A DNA stretch of 64,000 bases from Felis catus (GCF_018350175.1 NC_058368.1:219544001-219608000), one strand, 5' to 3'; counted from the stretch's first letter, positions 25,277 to 40,250 are shown. The notes: generated by a model from the sequence alone, not told the origin. A program made the numbers and translations.

Positions 25277-27299
25277 GTAAGCTGCCTTTAATGGTCTTTC
25301 CACATGGCAAAAGCTTTAGACTAAAAAGAGAAAAGATATGGAAAAGGTAGTTGTCAATCATTTAATTTTAAAAACATTGAAAATGTGCTACAAAAGTGAA
25401 GAAAAAAAAAGGTCCGTATGCTGATGCATTCACTGTTACTGAAATGTAAACAAAATATATATTTCGGATATATTTCATTTAGAAATAGGGATCTATGGAT
25501 GATCACAAAACCTGTCCATAAATATGCTCTGCATCCATGACTACAATCCAAGAACTATTTCTTTCAGTTCGCAAAAAGAAATGATGTTTTATTGGAAAAC
25601 AAAGTCATACTTCTACAATGAATGTGTTTACTTCCACCTAGAATTTAATAAGAAGGATCTTAACTTGAGGGTAACATTTTTCAATAAAATATCTAATTTG
25701 TCATATTATGAGGACTTAGTCAGAAAGGGCTACATAGCCAGAACATAACAAACTATTCAGACTTACATTTAATATCGCTGTGTCAGACTTACAGTTACTC
25801 TCTCTGTGTTTGGAATGGTAATCATTCTAAAACATTTTGTATTCCTGACCTATTTAGTTATAAAACACTAAATCTATTTAGTGATAATGTCATGTATTTG
25901 GATCTATTTTTGTTTTAAAATGAACTCTTCAAGTTCTCAAAATAGATCAAGAATAGGTTAAGAACCGTTAGCTTCTGACCATGTAACACATGTATTTATT
26001 CATGTGTTATACACATGAATCCCTTTTTTATACAAATTTGTATAGACACGCAATTAGAGTGGGTGATGTTAGATCTGAATGGACACCCCCAAGTATCAGA
26101 CAATTTCCTGCTCATTGGAAAAATCTGTACTTTAAGATGGAATTTTATGTTGTTAGAAATGTGGCATAAAATGCAGGTTGTAGTATCTTTGTCATTATTT
26201 TTTAGCATTTTTTGTGTGTTCACTTCTCAGTTGATCTCCCAATTCTAGTTTGATTTTTGGCTTACATACTTTTGGGAGAAATTATTAAAATGTAGTTTTT
26301 GTGATATTTATATTTTTACACTAAAGACTATAATGCAGAAGGAATCATGGTCTAAGAATTTGTTGCATTGTTTTGACTGTTTCTAAGAAATTTACCTCTT
26401 TTCCATGTTATTTTTATCTAACTTTGATGAGTAAAAATAGTGTATGATTTGAATTCATTTGTCTAAAATCTTGTGTGTAGAAAAATTGTAACATTCACAT
26501 AGAATATTTTTTGAGCACAGTAATCACTTGTTTATTATTCATGATGATTCTTTTGCTAAATATTAAGGAATGTCCCCATTAGGTCTGCCATTGTGGTGTT
26601 TGGCTCCAAACAGAGAAAAGGGTATTTCTTTATGCTCTTTTCAAACAGTCAGACTACAGCTCCAATTACCTGTAGCATCAGCAGGAGAAAGGAAAATAAT
26701 AATCCCTATTATTTTTTCTCAAACAAATCTGAAGACATGCTTAGTGGCATTAAAATTCAAATTTCACATTTTGTATATATTTCTGACCACCTCTTAACCT
26801 GAACTTGTTACCAGGAGAATTAACATGCAAATCCAGTAGAATAAACCATAACTAATTAATCACATTATCCACAAGAGGCAAAAATATTCCTTTAAAAAAG
26901 TATTTTTTAAGTCAATAATAAATGACCACTAAGAGGACTATTATATTTTAAATGCTCAGAAACATATATACACATGTCAAAAACGCAGTTCATTTAAAAA
27001 TGATAATCCAATAAAGGAAATTAATAGATTCTAATTAAGCACAAAAATCAGATATTTGAAAGATAACAATGTCCAATGAAAATTCATTTTATTATTTTTT
27101 CATCTACTATGATACCTTTATTAATTCATTTGATAATTTTTTCCTTTGCTTTTGTTGAGTCAGAATTTATGATTGGCATCTGACAGATACATTACACAAG
27201 CCCTGATATAATTATAATAGTAGTGATGATGATTATGATGATGATGAAATATTGATAATAAAAAGAAGCAGCAACATAACACGTTTTCTGAATAACATG

Positions 27300-27470
27300 T
27301 TTTTTGGACACTGTACCAAGTTATTGATTGGCCTACTGTTATTTGATCACAATAACTCATTTAGGTCAATATTATGATCCCCATTTTACAAATGAGAAAA
27401 CAAAAGTTCTAGATGTTAAGACCAAACTCCAAGTAATGCAGAGTAGGGTTGAAATCCATGTCCAAATCCA
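27300..27470 (-). mobile_element. MIR relic
   Basis: MIR core attatgatccccattttacaaatgagaaaacaaa. Confidence 0.6.
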
Positions 27471-27884
27471 GATGTATAGCACAACACATTTAGAGGAATT
27501 GTAGAGCACCTTGTATTTTGCCTCATTATTTTTTAATTATAGCTAGAAACATAATTTGTGGATTTTTATTTTCTCAATTATATTTTCTGCAATGAATATT
27601 TGCAACCATATCTTACTATTGGGAACATTCAGTCATGGCAATTAGAATACCACTTGATAATCTCAGTCATCTAATATCCAGAAAACTAGTTTTTAATTTC
27701 CAATATCATTTCATTAAATAGCTAAGATTTGGAGACAGTTCCACAGTTTATGAAGTCTTTCATATGTGGCATAGCATTGAGAACTCAGAACTAACCTATG
27801 TAGATCCCTTGTTAGTATTGTTATACTCAATGCATGGAAGAAGTAAAGGAGATTCAGAGTGGCAATGATAAAGACAACAAGCCA

Positions 27885-28170
27885 ATGCTGCCTAATTGAA
27901 ATATAATGCAAACCAAAATTGTGCGCCACGTACGTAATCATAATTTTTATCAGCCATCTAAAAAAGTTAAAAGAAACAGGAGAATATATTTTAACCATAT
28001 ATTTTCTTTAGCCTAATAGTGTCCTTTAGATATGTCAACATAAAACTTAATTCAGGTATTTTATATTCTTTGTTACCATAATTCTTTGGAATACCCACTT
28101 AGATAATGTATTTTCCAGTTGCATCAAGTCTCAATTCAGACTAACCACATTTCCACTCGATCACTGCATG
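27885..28170. mobile_element. MER33/MER3-like hAT-Charlie DNA transposon relic
   Basis: gctgcctaattgaaatataatgc...gccac...aaaaaagttaaaagaaacagg...tctcaattcagactaaccacatttc. Confidence 0.7.
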
Positions 28171-28603
28171 GAGTGATTCTGCATGAGTCCCAGTGCTGTC
28201 TTTCTCACTTAGTAGCTTTTTCATGTTGGTCAGTTAAACCAACCCTTCTGTTTTTCAGTGACAACGAATAAACTTGGATAGCAGTGCATACTCCATGGTA
28301 GAGTGTAAGACTAAATAATTCAACACCTATGAAACACTTGACCCAGTGGTTGGCACTAGCGTATTTATGTGTTCAGTAATGTTGATTTGTTCAAGTGCTG
28401 CTCTATTACTATTATTAGTCAATATTATAAAAGTGGCCTCAGAACTTAAACTTGCATGCAGATGGGCTGATCCAAATTCCGTATTTTCCAATATAGTCCA
28501 TCTGTGAAAGATAAAACTCTCAGTCATTTGGAAGGGACAGTGAAAGATGAAAACTCAGATGTCCTGCTTCATTGTTTAGCTTATTTTATTGTGTGGATCT
28601 ATA

Positions 28604-28805
28604 ACAGTCATTCCCCATCAGGGACAATTTTGCCACCCCAGAGAACATTTGGCAATGTTTTGAGACATTTTTGCTTGTCTCAGCTGGTGGCTTCTACCAG
28701 CATCTATTGGGTAGAAGATAGGAATGCTCTGAACATCCTTATAATTCATATGACAGAGAATAATTTGGCCCCAAATGCCAACAGTGCTGCAGTTAGGAAA
28801 CTTTG
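28604..28805. mobile_element. MER20 (hAT-Charlie) DNA transposon
   Basis: caattttgccaccccagagaacatttggcaatgttttgagacatttttg...gcatctattgggtagaag...ggccccaaatgccaacagtgctg. Confidence 0.85.
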
Positions 28806-28880
28806 ATGTGTTATATGAGGATCTGTTCAAGTGAAATAATAAATTTATTTATCTGACAATATTTATTGAAAACACACCGT

Positions 28881-29084
28881 GTGGCACCTGGGTGGCTCAG
28901 TTGGTTAAGCGGCCAACTTTTGATTTTGGTGCAGGTCATGATCTCACAGTTGTGAGATGGAGCCCCCACCTTAGAGCCTTCTTGGGATTCTCTCTCTCGC
29001 CTTCTCTCTCTGCCCCTGCCCTACTTGTGCATGCACATGCTCATGTGCTCTCTCCCTCAAAGTAAATAAACATTAAAAAAAAAA
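28881..29084 (+). mobile_element. CanSINE (older subfamily)
   Basis: ggcacctgggtggctcagttggttaagcgg head with an A tail. Confidence 0.92.
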
Positions 29085-30284
29085 TGCTTGTACCAAACAC
29101 TATTTTAGAAATTAGATATATGAATGTTGTCAACAAAGGGTCCTGGTTTTTATCCCTATGACCTTTCATTACAGTAGGTGAGGTCATAACTTATCAGACA
29201 TAAGTAAATATATATATATATGCAAGGCGTTGACTCAGTCATGGATAAAAAGAGGAACATGTGTGTGCCAAAGGGAAGAGTAGGGGAAGATCTCATTCAG
29301 GAGGGGATATTTTATCCAAACATGGCAAGATGAAATAAACTTAGCCATACAAAGAGATGTGAAAATCCACCAAGCAGAGCTAACACCATGTGTGAGACCC
29401 TGAGATTGGAAATTGAGTGATTATGTCAAGAACCAAAGATGGTGTAGCTGGATCATACCAAACAGGAATAGGTTGGTGGGAGATTAGATTAAAAAGCTCT
29501 ACACTCCCAGGAGCATTGACAATAGCAAATTTTTATTGGTATTAACAAACATGTAACTGTGTTCCTGACCTAAGTTATCATCACGGTCCTGTGCTTTTAG
29601 AAGTATACAGGTAGGTGAACATTAATATAATATGGGTGCCCAGCTTATTGTGATTCTAAAAGAGAGCCAATGGATTAGAAGGTTAGGGGGCACCTGAAAA
29701 CTGAGTTCTAAAAGTATTTTCTGCTCTTTTGCTCTAGATACTAACTTTTTTTTTCAGTCTCAAAAAGATACTCTATTGAATATTTTCACAATCCTGCATT
29801 ATATCAAGTGACATAATTTTTAAAATAATAAGGGAAAAAATCTATTGCTTACCTTTCACTGACAGGTACTATGTTTGTACCTAAGCGTATGAACATTAAT
29901 GTCTTGATTCTTGATTATGAGTCGTATATTGTCTAGCAATAGAGAGAATATATCAATAGGAAATCATGTGTAATGAAGTAACTATGCACAGAATGCAATG
30001 GGCATACAGAATAGTAGCACTTATCCAAATTGGGGAGAGGGGTGAAGGTATGAGTACATCATTTACCGTGGAAGCTTTTTGGGGGAATTTATCTCTTGAT
30101 CTAAGTCTTTTCTTAAAACTACTGTATGTCATAAAGATAGAAAAAGATGAAGAGTTCACAAAGTTGGGAATTAGCAAAATCTAATTTATGAAAGGGCATA
30201 TTCTGTGCAGGAAAAACAAATGATAAAGGACATGCTTCAAAGTGGTGATGAAGATTCTTTGGTGATAAAAATGATAGATGCTTT

Positions 30285-30321
30285 TTTTAAAATATATATT
30301 TTTGATGTTTATTTATTTTTG

Positions 30322-30352
<31 letters not shown>

Positions 30353-30526
30353 CAGAGTGTGAGTGGGGTAGGGGCAGAGAGAGAGAGGGAGACACAGAAT
30401 CCAAAGCAGGCTCCAGGCTTCTAGCTGTCAGCACAGAGCCCAGTGTGGGGCTCGAACTCACCAACTGTGAGATCATGACCTGAGCCAAAGTTGGACGATT
30501 AACCGACTGAGCCACCCAGGCACCCC
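30285..30526 (-). mobile_element. CanSINE
   Basis: Antisense SINE. Flanking repeat aaatgatagatgctttt / aaataatagatgctttt. Confidence 0.95.
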
Positions 30527-31260
30527 TGAAATAATAGATGCTTTTAATGTTTGCTTTTCTGTAGCTTCTATTTTTATATGTTTTTGTAACTTGATAATGC
30601 CAAAACAAAACAGAATAACAATGGAAAGGACAAAAGTGACAATTACTTCCAAAAAGTCCAATTAAATCAGCACTGGATAGCAGCTATTGGAATTTACATA
30701 ATGGGAGTAATTGCAGATGATCTTTCCCAATTGGTTTTCGTTGAAATTATTTTGTAAGAAGCTGGAGGATATTAAGTTGAGGAATAAAAGAAGAACAGGA
30801 AGAAGACTGAAGAAATAATGCCTGTACTTTAAAAGTAAGATGAATAAGAAAATAAAATAGACAAACAATATAGTGGTTAGAAAGAAATCTTGAATTAAAT
30901 GTGGTTTAGTAGGTAATTTCTTAAAGTTTCCTATGGCCCAGGCACAAAGTGGGAATTAGGCCACAATGGCCAACAAAGGACCTGAGCTCCTAGTTGAAGA
31001 TGCAGACAATAAAGTGATAGCTACAGGAACATAATGTGATGTCTGGTTGTGTGGTAAGTGTTGTGAAGAACATAAAGCAGGTAAGGGGTTAGATAATGGC
31101 AGGGGTGCTATTTTAGGAAGGATGAGTAGGGGAGGCTTTTCTAAGGAGACCTGAGTAATTTTAGGAACTGAAAATGCATACAATTAGACAATTTAGCTTC
31201 CCTAATCATAGGTCCTACATATACAATACTTAGAGGGTTAACAGTTAATAAATAAGGTTA

Positions 31261-31304
31261 GGGGCCCACAGGTGGCTCAGTCAGTTGAACATCTGACTCT
31301 GATC
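31261..31304 (+). mobile_element. CanSINE 5' head only
   Basis: ggggcccacaggtggctcagtcagttgaacatctgactctgatc, then unrelated sequence. Confidence 0.75.
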
Positions 31305-34238
31305 TTATTCCTTTCCTGTCTCTGATGTTGTGCTGCTGTTCTTTTGTGGCCAACCAAAGATTAAATAGAAGTGCCTTAAGCCTGGAGAGACCTGTAACCT
31401 CAGTGGCCAGAACAAAATGAATGTGCGTGCCTCATACAAACGAATGAATACTTTCATGAATGAGGACTCCAGAGCCTGTTTTTCTGCTCTCCAACCAGTC
31501 AGATGTTCAGTGGTCCTTGTACGGTGCTGTTTCATTGTGCTAACCCAGAACATATAACACTTCCTCACCTGAAATCTAAGCTCCTGGTATCTTGCTTGAA
31601 TACTTTAGTCTTTTTCATTCCATATCCTTTTTTCTTTCCCTAAAATAAGAAAAACAAAATAGACTCCATGGAAAAGGTCTATTAAAAATATTAAATTACT
31701 GCAACTTGATCTCTGTGGGATTTGGAAAAATCAACTGGAACAATAAGATTTATGTCCAATGACTTCAAAAAAAATCTCTGGGAAAATGTTACAATAACTG
31801 ATTTTCATCCTGACCAGAGTAAATGATTAAGAAATATCTGATCTGCAGAACCCAGTATCTTTGCCTTGATATAGCAGAGAATGTTATATCATAAGACTCT
31901 CAAATCCATTAAAAACAAAAATAAAACAAAACAAAATAAACATCTAGAAGGTAGGTTCAGGATTAGGGAAAAAGCATTTACAAAAGCACTTATGCAGATG
32001 GTCAGGGTCCCAACCAGCCAGCTGGTGCTGGGGACTTGGATCTAGGGGACAGTAGTTCACTAGAACTCAAGAAGAAGGAAGGCAGCTAAACCTCTGAGAC
32101 CCTGGCAAAAACTCCAAACCACAAATGAGACAAGTCCAGGGCACAGCTCAAGACCATAGCTCTTTATTCACATTTAGCTGCTTTCCCACACATCCTATCA
32201 CAGACAACAAAAGACAGAGAGAGTGGATTATTTTTGCATCTCCTAACTGTAGGTGTGAGCTCCTAAGAAAACCAGCTCTCACGGAACCATGCCTCTAGTC
32301 TACTTAACATTGAGTCGCAGACATGTTTGCACCAAGCTTAGGTGGACAAGTGGGAGTCAGGAACCAGTAACTAGTACATTTACGCAATGTTGAATGAGCT
32401 GAAATTCTATGAAGGGGAAAATTTTATAAAATGCAAACAAATTGGGTGATAGTTTTATTTGTATTTATTCTTGATTCTCTTAAGATAAGTTTTAGGGCAT
32501 TATGTGTGTAGATAATCATCAAATCTATGAGAATTTGATATGATGTTTATTATGTCAGTTTCCAGATCTATCCCAAGTACACTCAAAAGAGTGAATTTAT
32601 ATTTGTCCACTGTATTTTTTGCCATGAATTATTAAGGACGGTAACAAACATCAGTTCATTGGGTTGTTAGTTCTGAAAATTGATACAGAATTTCTCCCTT
32701 ATAGGAAAGTTTTTTATTAAGATAAATAATAGGTAATAAGACACTTTCAGTGTACAAATAAACTTAATAAGACTCTAATTTTCTGAATTTTTTAATACAT
32801 CTCTTTATTTTCTCTCAAATTGTATCTAAAGATTATGCACAACTGTAGCCAATTGAGAAATAATAGCAAACAATTCTAGAATCACTCAGAGCCCTAAAAA
32901 GATATCATATGTATATTTATGTGTTTTATCTAAATGACCTAGATTGGACACTGACTGACTTTATTTAGCCCATTAAATTACATAAATATGGGTTATCCAG
33001 TTTGCCTAAATTTCAAAAAAGCAGTATAAAAATATTAATAAGCACAGTGTTATAGCATGTACTGAGAACTATAAAATACAAAAAAAACTCATTAAGTCTT
33101 CACAATATCTATATAACATTATAACATAATTGCCTCCTCCTTTTTATTAGTTAAAAAAACAGATATGTGTAAACTTAAGTTACTTGTTCAAAGTTCTATA
33201 ACTGGGAAATAAATTAAAGTCAGATTGGGGATCAAGGTTCTTTGGCTCAAAAATCTACACTTCTAACCACTACACCAAGAAAGAAATTGGTACATGAAAG
33301 ACTCTCTTCTTTATCTTCCCTGGATCATTTTGCTTTTCATTAATTCCATGATTCACTACTTGTATGTAGATTACACAGATAACTTTAGATAAGGTATACT
33401 AAATTCTTGAAATGTCTATGCATTTGCTACAAATAGGGAAATGAAACCTTTATAGGTTGGTGCTTTTGCAATTCCCAGGGACCAAACATGACTGGCTATT
33501 TTGTTTTGTTTTGTTTTGTTTTTTGGTGGGATCCTTATACTCCTTGGACAGATAAATAAACAGGTTTGCATCAGACAAGGTCTTTCAAGGAAATGTCTCT
33601 ATGATATACGTAGGGATTTAAGACCTGTACATTCAGTGAGCTGTGAGACTACCGTAATCCCTGCCTGGTACAAGAGAGATTTGATTTAATAAGTGCTGAT
33701 TTTTCCTTTGTAAATAGAGTCAACCTCTTCTCTACTGGGGATTCTAAAGTAATGTAGGCCTCAGGCTGATCTGCATACTTTAAAATTATCAAGCACATTT
33801 CAACTAGAGCACATTTCAACTAAAGCAACAGTCAGGTATGTCCCAAGGAAGATGCTTTAGCCTGAGAAAGAAGGAATGAAATTTAAAATATTTCTTTTTC
33901 CCTTTTTCATTGTCTAGGAAAAAAAATACCTTTATATTCCTTAGAACTGTTCTATAATTTTTATTGGTTAGAGATAACTATGATTTTTACTGTGACCACC
34001 AAAATATTTATAGGATTCTTCCCTATGGTTCCAATGTCTACAGTTTATAATAATTACAAAGAAATGGTGTTGTAAAAGCATTCCTTGATTTATAAAATGT
34101 TGAATGAAGTCATACAGTGTGGGCAGGAACTATGCTAGTAAATAATAATAAATTAATAAAGAGAGATACAAGATACAGGATACATCCACAAATGGTTTGT
34201 ATTTTGAAAGGTATAGACACAAACTCTCCCTTTCCTGT

Positions 34239-34241
<3 letters not shown>

Positions 34242-34300
<59 letters not shown>
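34242..34300. repeat. Compound (CT)n(CA)n microsatellite
   Basis: Seen directly. Confidence 0.95.
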
Positions 34301-34304
<4 letters not shown>

Positions 34305-37300
34305 ATAGTTTATCTCACACCCCATGTCTTCTTTACTTCTTTTCTTGCTTGTTTTTGCACATAGATATAATATGCAAATATCTATGCAAATATCTATGTT
34401 TTGCACATAGATATAATGTGCAAAAACATCCGTTATGTGTATGTACGGATGTGTAGTTACAAGTATACATGCTCATATATGTATGCACACACATATGTAT
34501 GTTGACATGCATGTTCCATACCCACCTATAGTTGGAGAATGGTGCAATAACATTCATACTATAATTACCAATTGAAGTCTAAACCATCAAATGATAAACT
34601 CTTCAGATGTAAGTGGATCAGGAAAGAGAAAATTATATAAGAGTTCTCCAGGTAGGAAAACAAAGGAAATGAGTTCTGTTTGGTATGGCTGGACCTCAGG
34701 GTTTGAAGCAGGGATTATGAGACAAGAAGGAAAATGTATGGGCATTGTTAACATCAGGAAAAGGGATGATATAAAACTAAAATGCCATATAGATTATGCA
34801 AAGGAATAATTATGCTAATTATTCTGGCAGCAATGAAGCACACTGCTTGGATCACAAGAGCAACAGTTGATGAGAGTCTGGACCAATGCTGAGGAGAGGA
34901 GGAATTTGAGACACATTTAAGTGGGTGATCCAATGGACTTGGTCATCATGTCGACAAAAGTTTTGAAGGAGAAAGGAGAGAGCAAAAGAAAAAGCTGTTT
35001 TCTAGCTTTTTACCAGAAGACATTGTTTGAAGAGAGAGACAGGGATTTCAGCTTGATTTGAAGATTTTGAATTGAGTTTCAGATATCTAGGAGTAGTGAA
35101 AAAATATGTTGATCTGAGGTACACACATGACATATAAGTGAAAACAGACATGTATGATCTCAGCCAGGCTAAATGTTTAGAGGGACATAACTGGGGAAAT
35201 GCACAATACTGCAAATCTGATGAAAGATATAAATTCCTCAGAGGAGTAGTGTGCATGGAAATTATACAGAAATCCACTTGAAACTCCCCAGTTATTCCAT
35301 GGAGAGTTCCCTTCGACTAAACCATTTGGCATTTTGAAAAAATGGGATTCAAAGTCCCTTTGTATCCTTCAGAGCGAAGTTGAATAATACCCGCGGATGA
35401 GTATAGATATAAATACTTAGATACAAACTAGCTGTGTAAATGTTTGGCTGTTACAGAGGTTCTAGTATGCCTATTCAGGGACACATTGCAAACATAGGGG
35501 CCACCTAATACAATGTTAATATGCTTATGAATGACTAGTTTAAGGTTATCTTAACCTCTCCATGTCCTATGTACAATTTTGTTTCTATACATTGCAATTG
35601 TGTGCATCGCATTGATGCCAAACCTCGGAGATGATTTCAAAGATACGTATCCAGATGGATTTCCAAGTCCCCAGGAATCAATGGGCAGCTTTCCTTAAAG
35701 CTTTGTCCTGTAACTTTCCTCAATGAACAGGAAACTAAGACCTCATGCAGCGTCTCGTTTTGCTCTAATTTAACTTCAATGCCCAAAGCTAAGCTGGTGA
35801 TCACGTCTCCAGTGCTCACAAATTTAGGTTTCTGTCTTTCCTCTGGTGAGAGTCTTCAGTTCCAGAGCCTCATTCCTTTGTCAGTCTCTGGTGTGACTTT
35901 CAGCTCTCCTCTCCTTTCTCCTAAATGCCCATTTAGTGTTGCATAATTTCCTTAACCACTGTGCAGTTTTCTCCAAGGAGCTTTATCTCGTTTTTAATTT
36001 CTTCCTGTTAAGCTCATTAAAAAACATCTTTTAAACATTATACAACGGAATGGTTTATAAACGTGCATAATTGTGTCGTTTTTCTTAAAGCAAGTGTTGT
36101 TTGAGATTATTATGCAGCGTAGAGATGTTACAATAAGATTACACACAAAGCAAATAAAAAAATTAAACTAATGTTAAATTATTTTGTTGATACATATATG
36201 TGGTGCTTTTTTTCTTTTTTTTTTCATCACAGTGTTAGAAATGCTGAGAGTTCTTATGTAAATGTGAATAGAAACAAGGGCAGGGAACAAAGGAAAAGAC
36301 AAATTATATCTCTTTCAGCCTTACTGTTTTTTATCAACAAAACAAAACCGCAACTATTTCCTGCCAAGCTCAAAACCTGAGTTTGCCCTTGCTGCCCTCC
36401 CACTGGTGTTCTGGCATCTCTTTTGTTGTTTCTGAGGATGTCATCTTGTCACATCTCTTACTTGGCTTATCTTCTGTCTTTCCTCCAGAGTCTCCTACAT
36501 TGAGCTGTCAATTGTTTCTAATTCTAGTACACAAATCTGCAGCGTTTTTAATATTCAAGTGCAAAGGTCCTATTGATCAAAATTTTGGTAAAACAGTGAC
36601 CTGCAATGTTTAATCTTGAATCTTATAAAATCAGAAATACATCAAAATTGGTTGAAATCTTTAATAATGAAAATTCAGATGTGATGGGAGGTTGTCAATA
36701 ATGGTCTCAAAGTGCACTTCCCATACATTCTGCCCAGTCCTTACAAAGTCTCTGCAACATTATCTTTTAGATTTGTACTTCTAACCACGACTGTCCATAT
36801 ATGAGACACAAATGGCAATTTCCCCTTGCATTCATGCCTTTGTGCTTAAGTCGATAACCAAACTAAGAACATACTCCAGGAAGAAACATTTATCTGCTCT
36901 AAACATTAAAAGAGAAGCACATGATTCAATCTGACACCTGGGAATGAGTTTAAAACAACTATAAATTGGAATTGATAGGAAAGCGTACCACATAATTAAA
37001 GCTCCATCAACTGTAAGAGTAAAAATAAGGAGCATGCAAATAGATGTCTTTAAGGAAAAATGAAACGTTAGATGGGTGATAGGAGCTACTGTGCTTTTGT
37101 CAAGGGACGCGTAACAATCTGCCTCCTTCCGATGTCTCTCTTGCTCCCAACCCCTACATGATAAACACCCTTGCAGACTCCTAATGAAAATAATTTCAGT
37201 TTGTTTGACAAACTAGGATACTTGTGTTCAGCAGACTACTCTTGGAAAGGAATTATAAAATAGGAGTGAGTAGTTCTTTCACACATTTAAAATATAGAAA

Positions 37301-37708
37301 TGCAGTCTATTAACTTTGAAATAGACCCAGTGAATCTTCTCCCTAAATAAGTTTCTGCACATAAACATAATTCCAGAGAAAGCTTTCCAGAGAAAGTATT
37401 GTCCAATTGTATATGTTGGGCACTGAATAACTAGTTCTTGAACAAATTAATTACTAGAGCTGCCATAGAATTAAAACAATCATGACTGCGTATATTGTAT
37501 GTGTGTATATATCATACTATTTGAATTATTTAATAGAGAGCTAAATCTATACTATTTTGATGAATGGGCTCCATCTTAATCGTGGCTTTTCTGGAAAGTA
37601 TGAGACACCTTGAACATACCTTTATTAACATTTCAGGGGTAAATAAGTATATGTATGTGCCTGTATGTACACACATATTCCCAACTCACCTACTATATGT
37701 GTTTGTGT

Positions 37709-37737
<29 letters not shown>
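37709..37737. repeat. (TG)n microsatellite
   Basis: Seen directly. Confidence 0.95.
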
Positions 37738-37741
<4 letters not shown>

Positions 37742-38656
37742 TACAACAAACTACTGTGGAAGAGAACTGAGATATACATACTAATTTAGTCTTATTATAA
37801 TATGAACCATTGGAACATGGTCACTTCCTGCTTAAGTCTCAGAAGGTACTGAAAATTAACACGGATAATGCTTACTCTCTTCAAAAGGAAATAAATTTTG
37901 CAATGGAGATAGTCCCTTCATCAACCAAAAAATAAAATGAAGTGATAAATAATTTTGGATTCTTGACCAGAACTATAATGACAAGTTTAAAGCAGGCAGA
38001 TTTTCAGAATCTAAGCATGTGCCTAAAAATACAACCAATCTCAAAAATGTCCAAGCTAAAAATAAAAAGTGGGAGAACAGATTTCCAGAGGCAATATTCA
38101 GTGAAATCTGTGTGACAGTAAAATTAATGAAACAATAAAACGTTTTATTCTTTTGTTCTGTCTCTGTCTGTTAAAAGAAGACCCATGATTAGGAAACCTT
38201 TTACCAGAACCTGATAATCCCTAATATCATCAAGAAAATTTTCTACTTAAGGTTTTAAAAAATATTTTGCATCGAAGTATTAAGTTTATATATATATTTT
38301 AAAAAGGAAAATAAGCCACCTCTTCCATTCTTCCTCACCTGTAGCTCTATTCCTCACAGAAAACAACTTCAAACTGTAACTTTTTCAGTTCATCTAGGTT
38401 AAGCTACAATTCTTTAAGCAATATCTTATTATTTGTTGAAATATTTTTATATCTCACCTTTGACTTCCTTTCATGATTAGTGAAAATGGAACGCAGTAAC
38501 ATCTCAATCCATTCTCCCCTAGGTGTAATTATATCAGTTTTTTCCCCATTTCACTATCCATTATCTTAGCAAATTTAAGTAATGTGATTAGGTTTACTTT
38601 ATCCACTATTGCCAATCTCTCTCTGTCTTCCTATCCCAACAGCATTTTCACAGAAT

Positions 38657-38662
<6 letters not shown>

Positions 38663-38692
<30 letters not shown>
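38663..38692. repeat. (TA)n microsatellite
   Basis: Seen directly. Confidence 0.95.
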
Positions 38693-38696
<4 letters not shown>

Positions 38697-38784
38697 TGTC
38701 TAAAAAAATACCCTGCAAGTTTCAAAAGGAGCTTATCAAAATACTATGCTATGGACTATGTAAAATATTGACCATTGTGCCACC

Positions 38785-38969
38785 TTTTTAAAAATTTTGG
38801 TTTATTTATTTATTTAGACACAGCAGGTGGGGGAAGGGCAGAGAGAGATGGAGAGAGAGAATATCCCAAGCAGGTTCCGCACTGTCATGGGGTTCGAACT
38901 CATAAACTGTGAGATCATGACCTGAGCCAAAAACCGAGTCAGACGCTTAACTGAGCACCCAGGCGCCCC
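38785..38969 (-). mobile_element. CanSINE with internal deletions
   Basis: gagagaatatcccaagcaggttccgcactgtca...caccaggcgcccc. Confidence 0.9.
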
Positions 38970-39984
38970 TGGGCCAAAATATTTAACAGAGCATATTCTG
39001 GCTCTCAAATGTTTCTAAGACAAAGCCAGACATTTTATTTCTCATGCAATAATTTCAGCTATTGAATATGAGCGATCCTCTTTACCAAAGTTGTATTTTT
39101 CCAAGATATTACAGCTTTGAGCTTTTCATGTGCTCCGTGTACAGCTGCTCAAAACTCGTTTGCGAGCAGCCCCATAGCACTTAGCTTCACTTTGGCAGCG
39201 TTCGGGGTTGCACACCTAAAGCCCTCGTATTCCCCTGCCAGCATGGGCTGGCTAATCTCTACAGCTCAGGAAATCCTGCCATCCCAGACTTTCCTTTTTT
39301 ACTTTCGTACTTTGGATAGAAAACTGTCTACATCTCATGTATTCCCATATCTTGATTTAGCACCTTATTTTCCTGGAATACATTCTTCGTTAGGTTCTTT
39401 CAAAAAGCCCAAAGGGAGAGAAATTTGCTGAGTCTAAAACTATCTTTATTGGGTTATCACATTTGATTAATATGCTGGCTGGGTTGAAAATAATTTCATC
39501 ATCAAATTTTGATGACATTGTTCAATATTTTGCTAGGATCAGGGGCTACCTTGAAAGGTCCATTGACGTTTTAATCCATGTCTTTTTTTTTTTCAACCAC
39601 ACAGTTGCATATGAGTTTTCAATTGCATATACTTCCTTCCATTTATCCTCTAGCCCTCAAATTCCCACGTTGGATAATCATAATCTTCAGTTTAACCCAT
39701 CCATTATTTTTAACTTCAACTATTATATTGTAAATATCTATTTACTGTATTTAGCTCTTTATCAAAAATGCCCAGCCACTTTTTATAGTTATTTTCTGGT
39801 GAGATTTTTATGACCACTTTTACTTCTTAAAGCATATTGAATATATTTTAAAGTATTTTTTATGTGATGGCTCCACATTCTTTTGTTGATCTAGCTCCAA
39901 GTTTCTATTTGTTTCATTTTATTTGCTTTTGGAATTTTTTATATCAGTGTTTTGTTTTCCTGGGATACTCATGTTTCCTTGTAT

Positions 39985-40250
39985 TGTTATATGTATTATT
40001 GTTATTGTATATTATATATTTATATTAATTTATAAGTAATTTTATATTAATATCACATAAATGCAATCATATATAATTAATATTTATATAATATATAGCA
40101 TATATTATATTGTTATATATAATATATAATATATGAATCCCAAATATATATACTGATATGAAATAATATATAAATATATTATACATAATATATGATTATA
40201 ATAATGTATAATGTATACACTATATAATATATAAATCTCAAATATATATT
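39985..40250. repeat. AT-rich low-complexity (degenerate TA) tract
   Basis: Almost entirely A/T, with tatataat-like units. Confidence 0.85.

Noticed and set aside
39117..39431. Locally CpG-richer patch with a 104-aa ORF and a 7-bp gctgctc/gagcagc stem
   Set aside because: Non-ATG start, no recognisable homology, and the stem is too short to call an ncRNA.
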